The notes under the pieces are model-generated. The model was not told the DNA's origin and made no database searches. It worked only from the letters and a program-made list of their open reading frames with translations. Below, one piece after another: positions 13,252 through 25,131 of a stretch of DNA of 51,576 nt. A program made the position numbers and the translations under genes. Source of the stretch: Nemertoderma westbladi (taxonomy: Eukaryota; Animalia; Xenacoelomorpha); the NCBI GenBank assembly GCA_032718475.1, contig JAUCBJ010002662.1:1-51576 (forward strand), read 5' to 3'. Position 1 is the first letter of the stretch, and every line of letters starts with the position of its first letter.

Positions 13252-14815
13252 CTATACTGGTACCAGTACAGCAGTATGACTACAGCATGCAAGGACATAA
13301 CATATACCCAGGGGAGGGGGGAATCATTGCGGATAGATGCATGGGCCCCAATATATTAACATCAACCCCAGTACCAAGCATACCGGTGGGGGGGGGGGCA
13401 GGGTGATATTCCCCCATATCAACAATATACCCCGATAGGAGCAAGAACAACGAGACCCTTGGATGGAAATAGGTCATGTGACACAGAAATATGGAGGGGG
13501 CCGCTACCCCCAATGACATATCCAAGCCAAAGAAAGGCAGAAAATAGGACGGGCGGACCACACCCAACAGGAGAAACTATACAACATCCATCGAATCCAT
13601 TGGAAGCGCAGGCGATGGGGATGGCCACGTTGATCGATGCATTAAAAACAAGGATCGAATTACCACCCGTGGAACCATTCAAATTCGATGGGAGTAGGCC
13701 GGAAGAATATCTCCAGTTTTGGCGTATGTATAGTAACGAAATACTAACAAAGAACTTGACGCAGGCGGAGTGCTTAAAGTATCTGCAAGTATACACTGGA
13801 GGCCCAGCATACGACATCGTGAGGCAATATCAGGGCATAGAGGGCGGCTTCACGACGGCATGGCGGGCACTGGACAGGGAATACGGGCACCCGGCAAGAT
13901 CATCAGGCAGACCAGACCCTGAGAGGCATAACATCGGGTGGTCTACAGGATAATCCCGTTAGCATTAAGACACTCGCGAACAAGGTCGAGAAGGCGCTAA
14001 TCGTGTTAAAGATGCTAGACGCGCCATACGAACTCAACGCGTCCAACAACATCACCACGATAGCGCAGGCGCTACCGATGTGGTTGCGCAACAAGTGGAG
14101 GAAAATCGCTTTCTCCACTCGAGATAGGAAGGGTGCGGAACCGGTTTAGAAGAAATGTCAAGCTTCTTAAACTACGAAGCTGAACTAATAACCGACCCAG
14201 TCTATAGCGAAAATAGCCTGGGAAAGGGACCGAAGACGGATTACCATAGACCGAAACCAGAGCACAATACGTCAAACGCATTACCGAAGCTCAGGCAATC
14301 ACTGCCATATGCAGCGACGCAGAGGACTGCAAGTCCACAGGTAGCCGAAGGTAAGACCACACCATGGAACGGACAGGGGAACAATAACAACACGAATAAA
14401 TATAACCCCAGTACGTCCAGTAGGCCGAACCCAAACAATAAGAATAGTAGGGACTTTGGTACAAATGCAGCTGCGATACGCAATGCACTGTATAGTGTAT
14501 AATGAGGGCTACGACCCAAAGAGCAAATGCCAGCTACATACAAATGCGCTTCATCAAACCATGAACTGCAGGTACTGGCAAGCGCTACCCAGGGAAGATC
14601 AGGTAGAATATGCGGCGAGGAATGAGATCTGCTCGCGATGTGTGATGAGTGGACATAGAGCTAGGCAATGCAAGGAGACGCCAGTCAAGTTCGGTCAAAG
14701 GAAAGGCCAAACGATGGCAACGAGCACAGTAGGGGCGAAGAAGAGAGGAACGGTGCTACTTGGGGTAGTACCTGTGCGAGTGATTGGAGAAGGCAATTGA
14801 TCAGTAACAACACTA
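13252..14815 (+). pseudogene. gag: Element A gag, capsid and zinc-knuckle region, frameshifted
   Basis: ELPPVEPFKFDGSRPEEYLQFW…AWRALDREYGHP (DUF1759-type), CQLHTNALHQTMNC and CSRCVMSGHRARQC knuckles, spread over several frames. Confidence 0.85.
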
Positions 14816-17800
14816 ATGCTGGTTGATAGTGGAGCTGCCTTCACATTAGTCGAGGATTGGGTGGCCGAAGAAATTGGATTGAGAACGAGGCCAAGTAGAA
14901 TGGCGGTAACAACCATCTCCAGCAAAGATGAGGTCCTGGAGATGAGAACCGGACGGTGCACCATTGCAGCAATAGCGCCAGGATGCGACTATGGGGCGAG
15001 CATCGACCCCATCCAAGTGATAGAGTCAATAAACATCAATGCCAGACGGCCAACCAACATCGAGGTCAAACAATATAAATTTCTGGATGATATCGACTTC
15101 TCAATCCCAGAGGTGGACGTTAGGAAGGTATCCATCATAGTAGGAATGGACTGCCCAACGGCCCACGAAAGAATGCAAACGGTCTTCGGCGAAGACAAGC
15201 AGTGTGACCCGGAGGCGATACTGACACCATTCGGGTGGACGCTGAGTGGCCCAATCAAGAGCAAGATACCATTTAGGATGTCGGAGACATCAGGATGCAT
15301 GTTCGCAGGAACTATGCAGGAAATGAGTGATGAGAGAGCAGAGGAGCAGCTTAAAAGACTGCTCAGACAGGATTTTGAAGGGTTAAAGGAGACTGGGGTC
15401 GGGACCTCGGTGGAAGACAAACAGGCTCAGCAGAGCGTAGCGGAGTCTATGAAATGCGACGAGGGGCGGTACACCATAGGAATGGTATGGAAGCTACCAA
15501 AGCTACCACTGCCCGATAATAGAGGGATGGTACTCACGAGGCTCCGCAAGCTGAAGCAGACACTAAAACGGAGCCCCGAGAAGAATGAGTACATCCACAG
15601 AACGATTAAGAAGTACGTCGAGAAAGGATGGGCCGTGGAGTTACCGGTCGACGAACCAAACACAGACAGGACATATTACCTGCCACTCCACGTGGCTTTA
15701 GACCCAAAGAAAGGTAAACTGCGGATGGTAGTTGACGCATCGGCAAAGACCAACGGAAAATGCTTAAACGACAATTGACTAGAAGGTCCGAACATATACA
15801 ACTCAGGGATAGAGGTCCTACTTAGATTTAGAAATGGGAAACATGCCTTCACGTGTGACATAGAAGGCATGTTCAACCAAGTCCGTGTAACGGAGGAAGA
15901 TAGCGACAGTCAACGCTTCTTGTGGTACAACGGTGACAAAGAACCGTCGATAATACCGACGTACAAGATGGTAGTACAGAACATGGGAGCCAAGTTGTCT
16001 TCATTTACGACGACTATGGCAGTAAGAGATACAGTGAAGGGGAAGGAGGATAGATACAGCACTAGGGCCGTCGATATGATTCGACGCGGCTTCTACGTAG
16101 ACGACGGAATGGAGTTTGGAAATACGGTTAAGGAGATACTGGACACAGGGCGCGAGGTTCGCGACATCCTAAAAGGATCCGGCTTTAACCTGACCAAATT
16201 CCAATCCAGTTTGGAGGAATTTATCAAGGCGATAGGGGACGAGAGACCAGAATCGACCATGGATAATCCCACAACAGCCAAAGGGCAGGACATGGCGAAC
16301 AAGAGGACAGAATCTCAACAGAAGGCACTGGGAATCGTGTGGAACAGAGAGACAGATGAACTGAAGTACCAGCTGAGCCAGGAGGGCGCAGACATCCACA
16401 CAAAGAGAGGCTATGTGTCATACATAGCAAGAATATACGATCCCCTAGGTCTAGCATCCCCACTATTAGTCACGGGGAAACAGATACTCAAGAGAGTATA
16501 CAAACTGAAGGATGAGTGGGACGTAGAGGTACCAGAGGAGATCAAGAAACAGTGGTGTAAGTGGAAAGAAGGTTTGGAGAAGATGGGAACATACAACATG
16601 CCGAGAGTGTATTTCCCGGATGGGAACATGACGAATCTGGACTTACACATGTTCTCCGATGCGTCGTTGGAGGCGTACGGAGCGGCACTCTATTTAGTAC
16701 AACGAGAGGGGGCTCACAAGCCCAGACTGGCCTTTAGCAAAGCTAAGTCAACGCCGCCAGATTCAGCATCAGTTCCCAAACTAGAATTGACAGCTGCCAG
16801 ACTAGGAGTTAGGGCCACAGCCTACCTAGTGGATACTATTCCCAACATAGTGGAGACACACTACTGGACGGATTCCATGGTAGTGCTTGGTTGGCTACAT
16901 AACGAAAGGACGAGATACCCTATATTCGTCGCAAATAGGGTGGATGAGATAAGGGCGACCACAGAATTGGAAAGGTGGCACTACTGCCCAACGGACGAGA
17001 ACCCAGCGGACTTGTTATCAAGGGGCGTGGCACGCCACACTTTCTTAAAAAGGGAAGGATTGTGGCAACACAGGCTGCAGTTTCTGAGCGACAAGGAGGC
17101 CTGGCCGCCGATGAGAAAGATGGACCCAGGCTCAGGAGAGGTAGTGTCAGAAGGAGAAGAGGGAGATTCAGAGGGAGAAGAGACATACTCCCAGATGGTG
17201 AGGGAGATAAGGGACGTGCAACCTAAGCCAGAAGAACTGTGCGATAACCCGACGGTTAAACTCCTCAGCTACAGCTCTAGTTGGTACAAGACCAAGAAAC
17301 TAGTGGCGTACTGGAGAGCCTTCGGGAATTTCCTTGCGGGAGTTGGCAAATGTAAGAAGATCAGGACAACAATAGATCTGTAAGAAGCCGCCAAAGCAGT
17401 AATCCGCTATGAACAACGGAAGAGCTATGGCGACAAGGTGGAACGCGTCGGTAAACAACAGCACCTTCGACGGGACAGCGAGCTGATCACGCTGTCGCCA
17501 CAACTTAATGACGACAGGATTCTAGTAATGAATTCTAGGGTGGGATACAACAACAGCATAGTCGTACCACCGAAACCCATCATCATTCCCACAGGATCGC
17601 CAATAGTTCACCAGATTATCTGGGACTCCCACAAGTCGATATTGCACGGGGGCACCAACCGAACTCTTATGGAGATACGGAGGACCTTTTGGGTCAAGCA
17701 GTTGAGGAAGAAGGTAAAAGCAGTAGTGGGGCAGTGCCAGACCTGCCGACGAGCGAAGAAGGAGCGAGCCATACAAAAGATGGCACCACTACCAGCGAGT

Positions 17801-18710
17801 AGAGTAAGACAGCACGACCCGCCATTTACACATTGCGGTGTGGACATGTTCGGGCCGATAAAGATCAAGGTGATGCGGCACACGGAGAAACGCTACGGTA
17901 TTATCTTCGTATGTAACAACACGCATCAGCATCACGCAACAACACCCAAGATGCAACCGCATCAGCATTTATTAATGCATTAGAAAGGTTCAGAGACCGC
18001 AAAGGTGGGACGATCGCAGTAATGTACTCCGACAGCAGAACCAACTTTGTGGGAGCAGAGAACGAGATGGCAGAGGCCTTGGACATCCTGGAAGGGGAGG
18101 AAGTCAGGGCAGCCATGAGACGACGACAAGTAAAGTGGGAGAGAAGGACGCCGTATGCACCACATACACTAGGATGCGTCGAGAGACTGGTGGGCAGTTT
18201 GAAGCGTCTCATGACGAAGTTAATGAACACCCACATGGTCACGGAGGACGTCTTGAGAACAGTACTTGCGAAGTGCGAGGGTATCATTAATAGCAGACCG
18301 CTATATCCGGAGAATGATGACCCTGAGTCATTAGATGTGCTGACGCCCAGCCATTTTCTAATGGAAAGGCCAGCGACCATCAATATGCGGGGTGTAGACC
18401 CAGATGACATACACTCCCGCCAGAGTTGGAAGGTCGCTAAAGCGATAAGCGCAGAGTACTGGAGAAGGTTGGTTGAGGAATACCTACCCACGCTTCACAA
18501 AAGAAGCAAGTGGAGGAAGTCGAATAGGGAGTTAAGAGAGGGAGATCTCGTAATCGTTACGGATGATACTATCATCAACAACCAGTGGCAGATGAGGACG
18601 GAAGAGTCCGATCGGTAGAAGTGCGGATAGGTGGCAAGATAGGTGCGAAAGACAGAAAAACCTACAGGAGAGCTGTAGGGAAATGCTGTCTATTAGAAGG
18701 GACACCTTAG
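14816..18710 (+). pseudogene. pol: Element A pol: protease, RT, RNase H (peptidase A17-type region), integrase; stops and frameshifts
   Basis: LVDSGA; YYLPLH…KLRMVVDAS; FYVDD; LHMFSDASLEAYGA; WHYCPTDENPADLLSRG; HKSILHGG…CQTC; GVDMFGP; SDSRTNF; LTPSHFL; EYLPTLHKRSKW; in-frame stops at 15776-15778 and 17381-17383. Confidence 0.93.
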
Positions 18711-18847
18711 GGTGGAGTTAGAGTGTAGTTTAGTCGTCCAAGTTTTGGACTGAGGGGGGTGGGACTGAGGGCGAGACGCCCTTCCCACACATAAAATAAA
18801 AATAAAATAAAAAATAATTAGAGTTAGAATTTGTTAGTTAGTTAGGA

Positions 18848-19287
18848 GGTACGTAGTACTGAAAATAGTTAGTTAGTTAGAAGGTACATAGTACCGAAAG
18901 TTAGAGTTGGAAGTTAGTAAGAGGGTACGTAGTACCGATAGTTAGTGGAGTTAGAGGTTAGTAAGAGGGTACGTAGTACCGGTTAGTAAGAGTAGAGTTG
19001 GAAGTTAGTAAGAGGGTACGTAGTACCGATAGTTAGTGGAGTTAGAGGTTAGTAAGAGGGTACGTAATACCGGTTAGTAAGAGTAGAGTTGGAAGTTAGT
19101 AAGAGGGTACGTAGTACCGATAGTTAGTGGAGTTAGAGAGTAGTAAGAGGGTACGTAGTACCGTTAGTGGAGTTAGAGTAAGAGTTAGAGGGTACGTAGT
19201 ACCGCTAGTTAGGGAGAGAGAGTAAGAGTTAGAGGGTACGTAGTACCGCTAGTTAGTTGGAGGTTAGTAAGAGGGTACGTAGTACCG
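18848..19287 (+). repeat. Array of ~11 GGTAC-GTA-GTACC mini-hairpins in 35-47-bp purine-rich units
   Basis: Core gagggtacgtagtaccg repeated with related gttagt/agagt spacers, directly after pol. Confidence 0.9.
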
Positions 19288-19418
19288 ATTAGTAAGAGAT
19301 AGAGGTGGAAGGGTATATATAGTATAGATATTTGTCAGTAGTTAGTAGCGAGAGGGGGGCATATGAGTACAGTTGGATAGATCGTGTAGGCCACGCGACA
19401 TATACTGCTGTACTGCAC

Positions 19419-20576
19419 GGTTCCATGTAAATTGAACCAACGTCAATTGAACCACGTCAATTGAAACACGTCAATTGAACCATGCGTCAATTGACCCAGC
19501 GTCAATTAAACCAGCTGCAATTGAACCAAGCGTCAATTGAACCAAGTGTCAGTTGAACCAAGTGGCAATTGAACCAAACGTCTGTTGAACCAAACGTCAA
19601 TTGAACCAAATGTCAATTGAACCAAACGTCAATTGAACCACGTCAATTGAAACACGTCAATTGAACCATGCGTCAATTGACCCAGCGTCAATTAAACCAG
19701 CTGCAATTGAACCAAGCGTCAATTGAACCAAGCGTCAATTAAACCAAGCGTCAATTGAACCAAGTGTCAGTTGAACCAAGTGGCAATGGAACCAAACGTC
19801 TGTTGAACCAAATGTCAATTGAACCAAACGTCAATTGAACCAAGCATAAATAAACCCATAATCAAATAAAGAATCAATGAAATTAATTCCTATCAGTGTT
19901 GTGAAAAATACACTACAAATATAGAAAAATAATTCTATTAAAAACTATAGTGATTAAAAATTAAGATTCTAGAATCTTAAAAAAGCATAGTTGAACATTT
20001 CACTAAAATATAAAAGAGTGAAAAGAGTTATTACGTGCAGACAAAATAAAATAATCAATGGAAAACTACAAGTCGGAGCGGGGTGGCGAAGTTGTAAGTT
20101 ATAATGGGTACGAATATATAGTAAGAGTGAAAAAGATGGAATGAAAAACTGGAGGAGTAGAGCCTATCGAAAATACAAATGCAAAGCTACCATGATAACA
20201 AAAGGCAAGGATATAAAAAAAGAATCTGGTGAACACTCACATAGTGCCAAATCAAAAATTTGCAATAATTATTATTTTGTTGGTTAAATTAACATTTCAT
20301 TAAATTGATGCTTGGGTCAATTGACGCATGGGTCAATTGATGCATGGGTCAATTGACGCTTGGTTCAATAGACGCTTGGTTCAATTGACACTTGGTTAAA
20401 TTGACATTAGGATCAATTGATGGGTGATAAACTTTGGTTCTAATGACGTATGGTTCAATTGACGTTTGGTTCAATTGACGTTGGTTCAATTGACACAATG
20501 TTAAATTGACGTTGGTTCAATTGACGATGTTCAATTGACGTGGTTCAATTGACTTTGGTTCAGTTGACGTGTCACC
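19419..20576. mobile_element. Foldback-type non-autonomous DNA transposon, probably Mutator-like
   Basis: 9-bp TSD GTACTGCAC (19410-19418 and 20577-20585), GG…CC termini, long inverted arms built from ~14-16-bp tandem units (cgtcaattgaaccaa / ttggttcaattgacg), AT-rich core. Confidence 0.85.
20058..20242 (+). pseudogene. FLYWCH zinc-finger remnant (N-terminus of a MULE-type transposase)
   Basis: Manual translation with one frameshift: MENYKSERGGEVVSYNGYEY…SEKDGMKNWRSRAYRKYKCKATMITKGKDIKKESGEHSH; fits the FLYWCH pattern (GY.Y…WrC…C.A…H.H) with the first Cys changed to Ser. Confidence 0.7.
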
Positions 20577-20938
20577 GTACTGCACAGGCCCATAGAATAG
20601 GTCAGAATGTGGATTATGGAATAGAATAATCCATAAACAGTAAAGTAGTAGAATTAAGTTAAATTAAAAATAAATATAATAAATAGGGCTAAATATTACA
20701 AATTATAGTAACAAGCGGGGAAATTATTCTGGAACATAATTAAAGCAACGGACAGAAATTGTAAATAGGGTACATTTGTTAGCTACAAAATTAGGTAATA
20801 GGAATTTAGGCTAAAAGGCGTAGTTAGATAGGAAATAAGCCATTCTCGAACTGTGCAGACCATCAGAAACGTATCACTCATCTGTATTGCGCCTTGGTAA
20901 GGCACCACCTTACAGGTGAGCGAGTGAGAGTGTTCGGA

Positions 20939-23488
20939 ATGGCGGGAAAACTGATCAGAAAGAGAAAGGCGGAACAAGGAGGAAAGTAGATACTGGTGGA
21001 TTTCACCAAGAGGCATCCGGAAGAGAAGACGAGAGGATACTACGAGAGGTTGGAAAAGGGTCACGCGGCACGAGCGCTGCAGGACCACTTCCAGGAGATG
21101 CACGAACAGCGGCTGGTCGGGACCTACGGGACGCCGTCGCTGGACAACGCAATCTTCCAACACTTCCACTACGTGGTGAAAGGGGACGAGGCGAAGTTCG
21201 GGATTCCGAAGTACCCGAGGGAGTCGCCGAAGAAGGATTGGAAGAGGTTTATAGAGTCCGTCAACAGGGGAGGATATATGATCCTAGATGATGAGGGAAC
21301 CGTGGAAGACGAGGAGGGTTCGAGACGAGGATCAGCGGGGTCGGCCAGGACCATACTCCTACATTTGGCCGCGCCAAATGGGGACATTTTCTTATTCGAT
21401 CTAGGAACGTATGGGAAAAGGGACGGGCCGAAATTAAACCGGTTGCCGAAAGCGGTGCAAGTCCTGGTAAGAGAGAAGTCGACGACGAAGGTAGGATCGG
21501 CGATTCGCGACGACGCGGAGAGAATCATCGGTCCGGACACCCCCAACCTTCTGGACATGCAGGTGGTCTTCATGGCTATGACAGCACCGGACGGGTTAGA
21601 AGTAGTGGAGAACACAGGCCAGTGCGGAGCGGTGGCGATGGGCCAGCTATTGGGGCTCGTGTGTCATAAGTCGACGGACTGGGGAAAGTTCAGAGAAGAG
21701 TACGGATCAGAGTTGGCGAACTCGCTGAAGTGGGGAGCGAGGCCAGGAAAGCAAGAGGTGTATCAATTCCGAAGAGGAGCGATAAAGGTATATCAGAAGC
21801 AATATATCCTGCAGGAAGATTGGATAATGATAAGTTTGCTTAACTTATTCATGACCGTGGTTATCGAGAGGGAACCAGCGGCATTTCTGTTATCGGGATC
21901 ACCCCTAAGCTACAGGAGAGCCTTTAAGACGGCCTTTGACGGTCTGGTAGACCACCTGGGGCTGAAGGGCGAGTCGGTGTACTACAACAGCCGACATCTG
22001 ATAGACGGGGAGATAGATACGCCGTATCAGAGATGGGAGCAGCTAGAGACGGATAGACGAGAGGCAAAGCAACTGGAAGAAGTCGCGAGACGGGAAAGGA
22101 TAGAAGCAGAGGAGAGGGAGGAGGAGGCCAGGACGCATAGTTACGGCTTCGAGGAACAGGCAGGCTTAGACGAACTTCGTTGGACTTCATCAGGGAGTTC
22201 GGGGGAGTCTCTAGGGCGAGAACTGGGATGGACGGTGGGATCGCCGAAACAGTCGACGTTGGGGTTGCAAGCGATGCCCATACCAGCGGGCGCCGAAGGC
22301 GACCAACCGCCAAGGAAGTTAGGGGAGCTAGAGGGATGGAGAGCTACGGGCGAGAGCCAGGGTGGGAAGGGACATAGTGGATCCATCGGGAAAGCGGGGT
22401 TGGAGCCACTGCCAGAGGAGGACAAAGACGACGACGAGTTCGGAGAGATGCCGCCCATCGAGAGGATTGGCCACTCGGACACGGACTGGGTTGGCGGGAG
22501 GGTGGTGACGGCCAGTGGAGCGAGGGCCTTCTGGGATAGACCCGGCAAGCGGGCCTGGGTGCACGAGGAGCCGGCGATGGATTTCGCGGGGAGCACTATC
22601 AGGTTGGGCGAGCAACCGGGGACGGCACCACGGGTAGTATTCGCGGAGACGATGCCCGAGAGGGGCGAGGAGATCGACGTAGACAGGGACACTAACGTGC
22701 AGAAGTTCGCCTACCAGCGACTCCACAGACCGCGGAGATAGCTTGGGACGAAAGGTACTTGGTTACTCGGTTGCGATTACTGTGGGAGACAGACCCACCA
22801 GGAAAGGAGCTGTTTGTACCGATTCCAAAAGGGGACCTTTTGTCTCTACTGCCGCGAGTTGAGCCACAGGATGGGGGCATGTCCACGGTTGCATAACCGA
22901 TGTCCGAAGTGTAACTTTCGAGGACACTACGGACGCCAGTGCGACTGGATGGACGATGAAGAAAAGTTCAAAATCTTCAAGGAGTGGGCTGACGTCGGGG
23001 CCATGACGCGGCAACGCATGAAGGCCCAGGAGTTCAAGTGGGGTTTTTTCCTTATCAATCAGGAGGCTCACTTGGAAATCATAAAGCGGAGGTTACCGTT
23101 TACCTATCAAGAGGTAGCAACGGCGGCGTCGTATGCCGGAGTGATAAATACACAAAGGTATTTGGACAGGTGGACGCCACAGAACCGAGGGGAGTTTAGG
23201 GATTTCTTGGCGGAGCATGTGCCGTGAGCAATGAAGATGATCTTATGGGACGCCACCAGGGGGAGACAACAGGGCCATTCGGAGGGGCCACCCGCGAAGC
23301 GATATCGGGAGCTGATAACACCAGCACCCAAGGAGCCAACGACCGGGATCAGTAAGGAGGTGGCGGCGAGAGTCCGAAGACAGAAAGCGGATCCCAGGGG
23401 AGCGGTAGTGACCAGGAAACGACCCAGGGAGGAGGACGGCAAAGGGAAAGACTTGAGGTGGTTCCCGAAGTCAGGAGGGATAGACTGA
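20939..23488 (+). pseudogene. Accessory ORF of element A: DEDDy (RNase D/WRN-like) 3'-5' exonuclease-like domain, acidic linker, 3x CCHC knuckles, basic tail
   Basis: ATG 20939 and ORFs 20996-22741, 22814-23227, 23231-23488 are one frame with stops at 20987-20989, 22739-22741 and 23225-23227. Motifs YMILDDEG, ILLHLAAPNGDIFLFDL, LPKAVQVLVREKSTTKVGSAIRDDAERI, LLDMQ, QKQYILQED; CDYCGRQTHQERSC, CLYCRELSHRMGAC, CPKCNFRGHYGRQC. Confidence 0.75.
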
Positions 23489-24189
23489 GGCTTCGATGTG
23501 GTACACCTGGAAGGCACCACGGGAGACGTGCGAACTATTAAGTACAAATTCAAAATGATGCAAATAATCAAATAAGTGCAATTTGTATGTACGTACGTAG
23601 TAATCAGTAGTTTAGTAATGAAATATACGTTCGAAGTAAGTACTATAGTCATTCAACCTTTCTCAATTAGCTACTGGGACTGGGGGGCTAACTGACTATG
23701 GTACTATGGACGAGACACCAGACGATTTCACACTTCTTGAGTGCGACGGCACAGGAGGGGGGGTGAGATTCGTCAGAAGGGATGAGATAGTCAAAGAGGG
23801 GTTGAGTAAAGGTGATAGTGCGGAGTGCGGAGAGAGTGCGGATGCAATTCAAGTGTGGGGGGGGGGAGAATAAGAGGCTGAGTGAGGGACAGGGAAGTCC
23901 GAGAGTTAGAGCGGTAGTGAGGAGAAGTAGAGGAGAGTCAGGGTGAGAACAGTGTGGAGTTAAAGTGGCAAAAGTGTTGGGGAAACAAAGGTCGTGTGAG
24001 AGGAGCGCACAATCGGCCCGACATGGGATGCCAGGCGAACTGGGTAGCATTATCATACCCATAGGGAGCGGCCTGGAAAGCCGGCTCCGAGAGAAAATAG
24101 TTCCACCCCACACCCAATGCTAGATCGGGATCCAGCGGAATTGTAGCGCACTTTAGGAGGATGCTATCCTCTCACCGGGAAGATATCAT

Positions 24190-24198
24190 AGGGGGGAG
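24190..24198 (+). promoter_or_regulatory. Polypurine tract AGGGGGGAG of element A
   Basis: Purine run immediately before TGTTAG, the usual arrangement in front of a 3' LTR. Confidence 0.7.
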
Positions 24199-24733
24199 TG
24201 TTAGCGTATTCAATTCCGCTAACACAAACCCATAAAGTAAGCCGTTAAGCAATGTTGGGGGCCACGAGGTTGATTACCCAATGTCGTGCCACCCCAATAA
24301 AATGGGAAGGAGAAACACACAATAAGGGTCAGGGGCCACACCCCTGACCAAGAGAGAATAGCAGGAGTGAGGGGAAACACTCCAAAGGGCGCCAACAGGG
24401 ATATTCGCCAATGGGAGGGAGGCACCGGCTAGGTACAGTAACAAGGCCAACCTGTGCAATATAACCAATTGACAGTAATCAGTTATTTCAGTTATCTCAT
24501 TGTGTTGGTCGGTTTAGCTAGGATAGGACCGGAACTTTAATTACCGTTGCGTAACCACTGTGCAGACATCCTATTCCATATCTATACTATTATACTTTAT
24601 ACATAGGACTTTATACAGCAATCAACAACCATCCACCTTTTACACACACACGGCGGGAACGCGTAAATCAAAAACCGGATAAACCAGGATCCTTTGTGGA
24701 TCCCGTCACAAACCGTAAGAGAATCAACTAACA
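24199..24733 (+). repeat. Probable 3' LTR of element A (535 bp)
   Basis: Starts TGTTAG after the PPT, ends CTAACA (6-bp inverted termini); contains AATAAA, CCAAT and a TATA-like AATATAA. Partner LTR not in window. Confidence 0.65.
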
Positions 24734-25131
24734 CAACTAACTAATAATGAGTGATTACAAGAGTTATATCATTGACACATATTGGTTTTAGCCCTACACT
24801 ACTGGGTGGCCTCTAATATCCAACGGATGCGCTCTTGTCCTCCCCAACGTGCTTCCCTGCCCGCTATTGGCTTAAATACTAATTGTCACTTCGCCACTCC
24901 CTGTTGGTGTTACCCCCTGGTGCTAGCCTCACTAGCTGGTTTCTCCCTATGAGGTGGTTTGACCTCTCACCTCTCTCTGTGGCTTTATGGCGTGTATCCC
25001 CCCCCCCCCCCCCCCCCCCAGTTGGTTATGAGGTGAGATTATTAATGGTAATCTCACATCGCCAACTATATTGGTAAAATGTCACTAGTCCCATTCTCGG
25101 TGGGTAGTGCTCGGAATTGAATCCGCTTTCA
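24734..25131 (-). repeat. Fragment of a related LTR in opposite orientation, interrupted by element A
   Basis: Minus strand from 25131 reads TGAAAGCGGATTCAATTCCG, 17/20 identical to the A LTR start TGTTAGCGTATTCAATTCCG; shared ccaacaggg and gccaat motifs further in. Confidence 0.5.

Larger units (their letters stand above)
1..24733 (+). mobile_element. Element A: BEL/Pao LTR retrotransposon, decayed, 5' LTR outside window; hosts element B and a foldback element
   Basis: Gag, PR, RT, RNase H, IN motifs in BEL/Pao order on +; gag frame is continuous across the B insertion once one TAGGC is removed (…LNPEVAEYIPAGRPEADR|PILVPVQQYDY…); AGGGGGGAG tract followed by TGTTAG…CTAACA at 24199-24733. The right boundary cannot be confirmed without the 5' LTR. 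Confidence 0.75.

Noticed and set aside
18752-18790. G-rich tract plus TGAGGGCG after pol as PPT and start of the 3' LTR of A
   Set aside because: Tract is interrupted by pyrimidines and no matching inverted end was found; 24190-24733 fits better. Not fully excluded without the 5' LTR.
18848-19287. CRISPR-like array of palindromic repeats
   Set aside because: Spacers are related to each other, not unique; eukaryotic retrotransposon context; no cas genes.
20783-23652. Antisense ORFs over the accessory gene
   Set aside because: Shadow frames of a purine-rich coding strand with no motifs.
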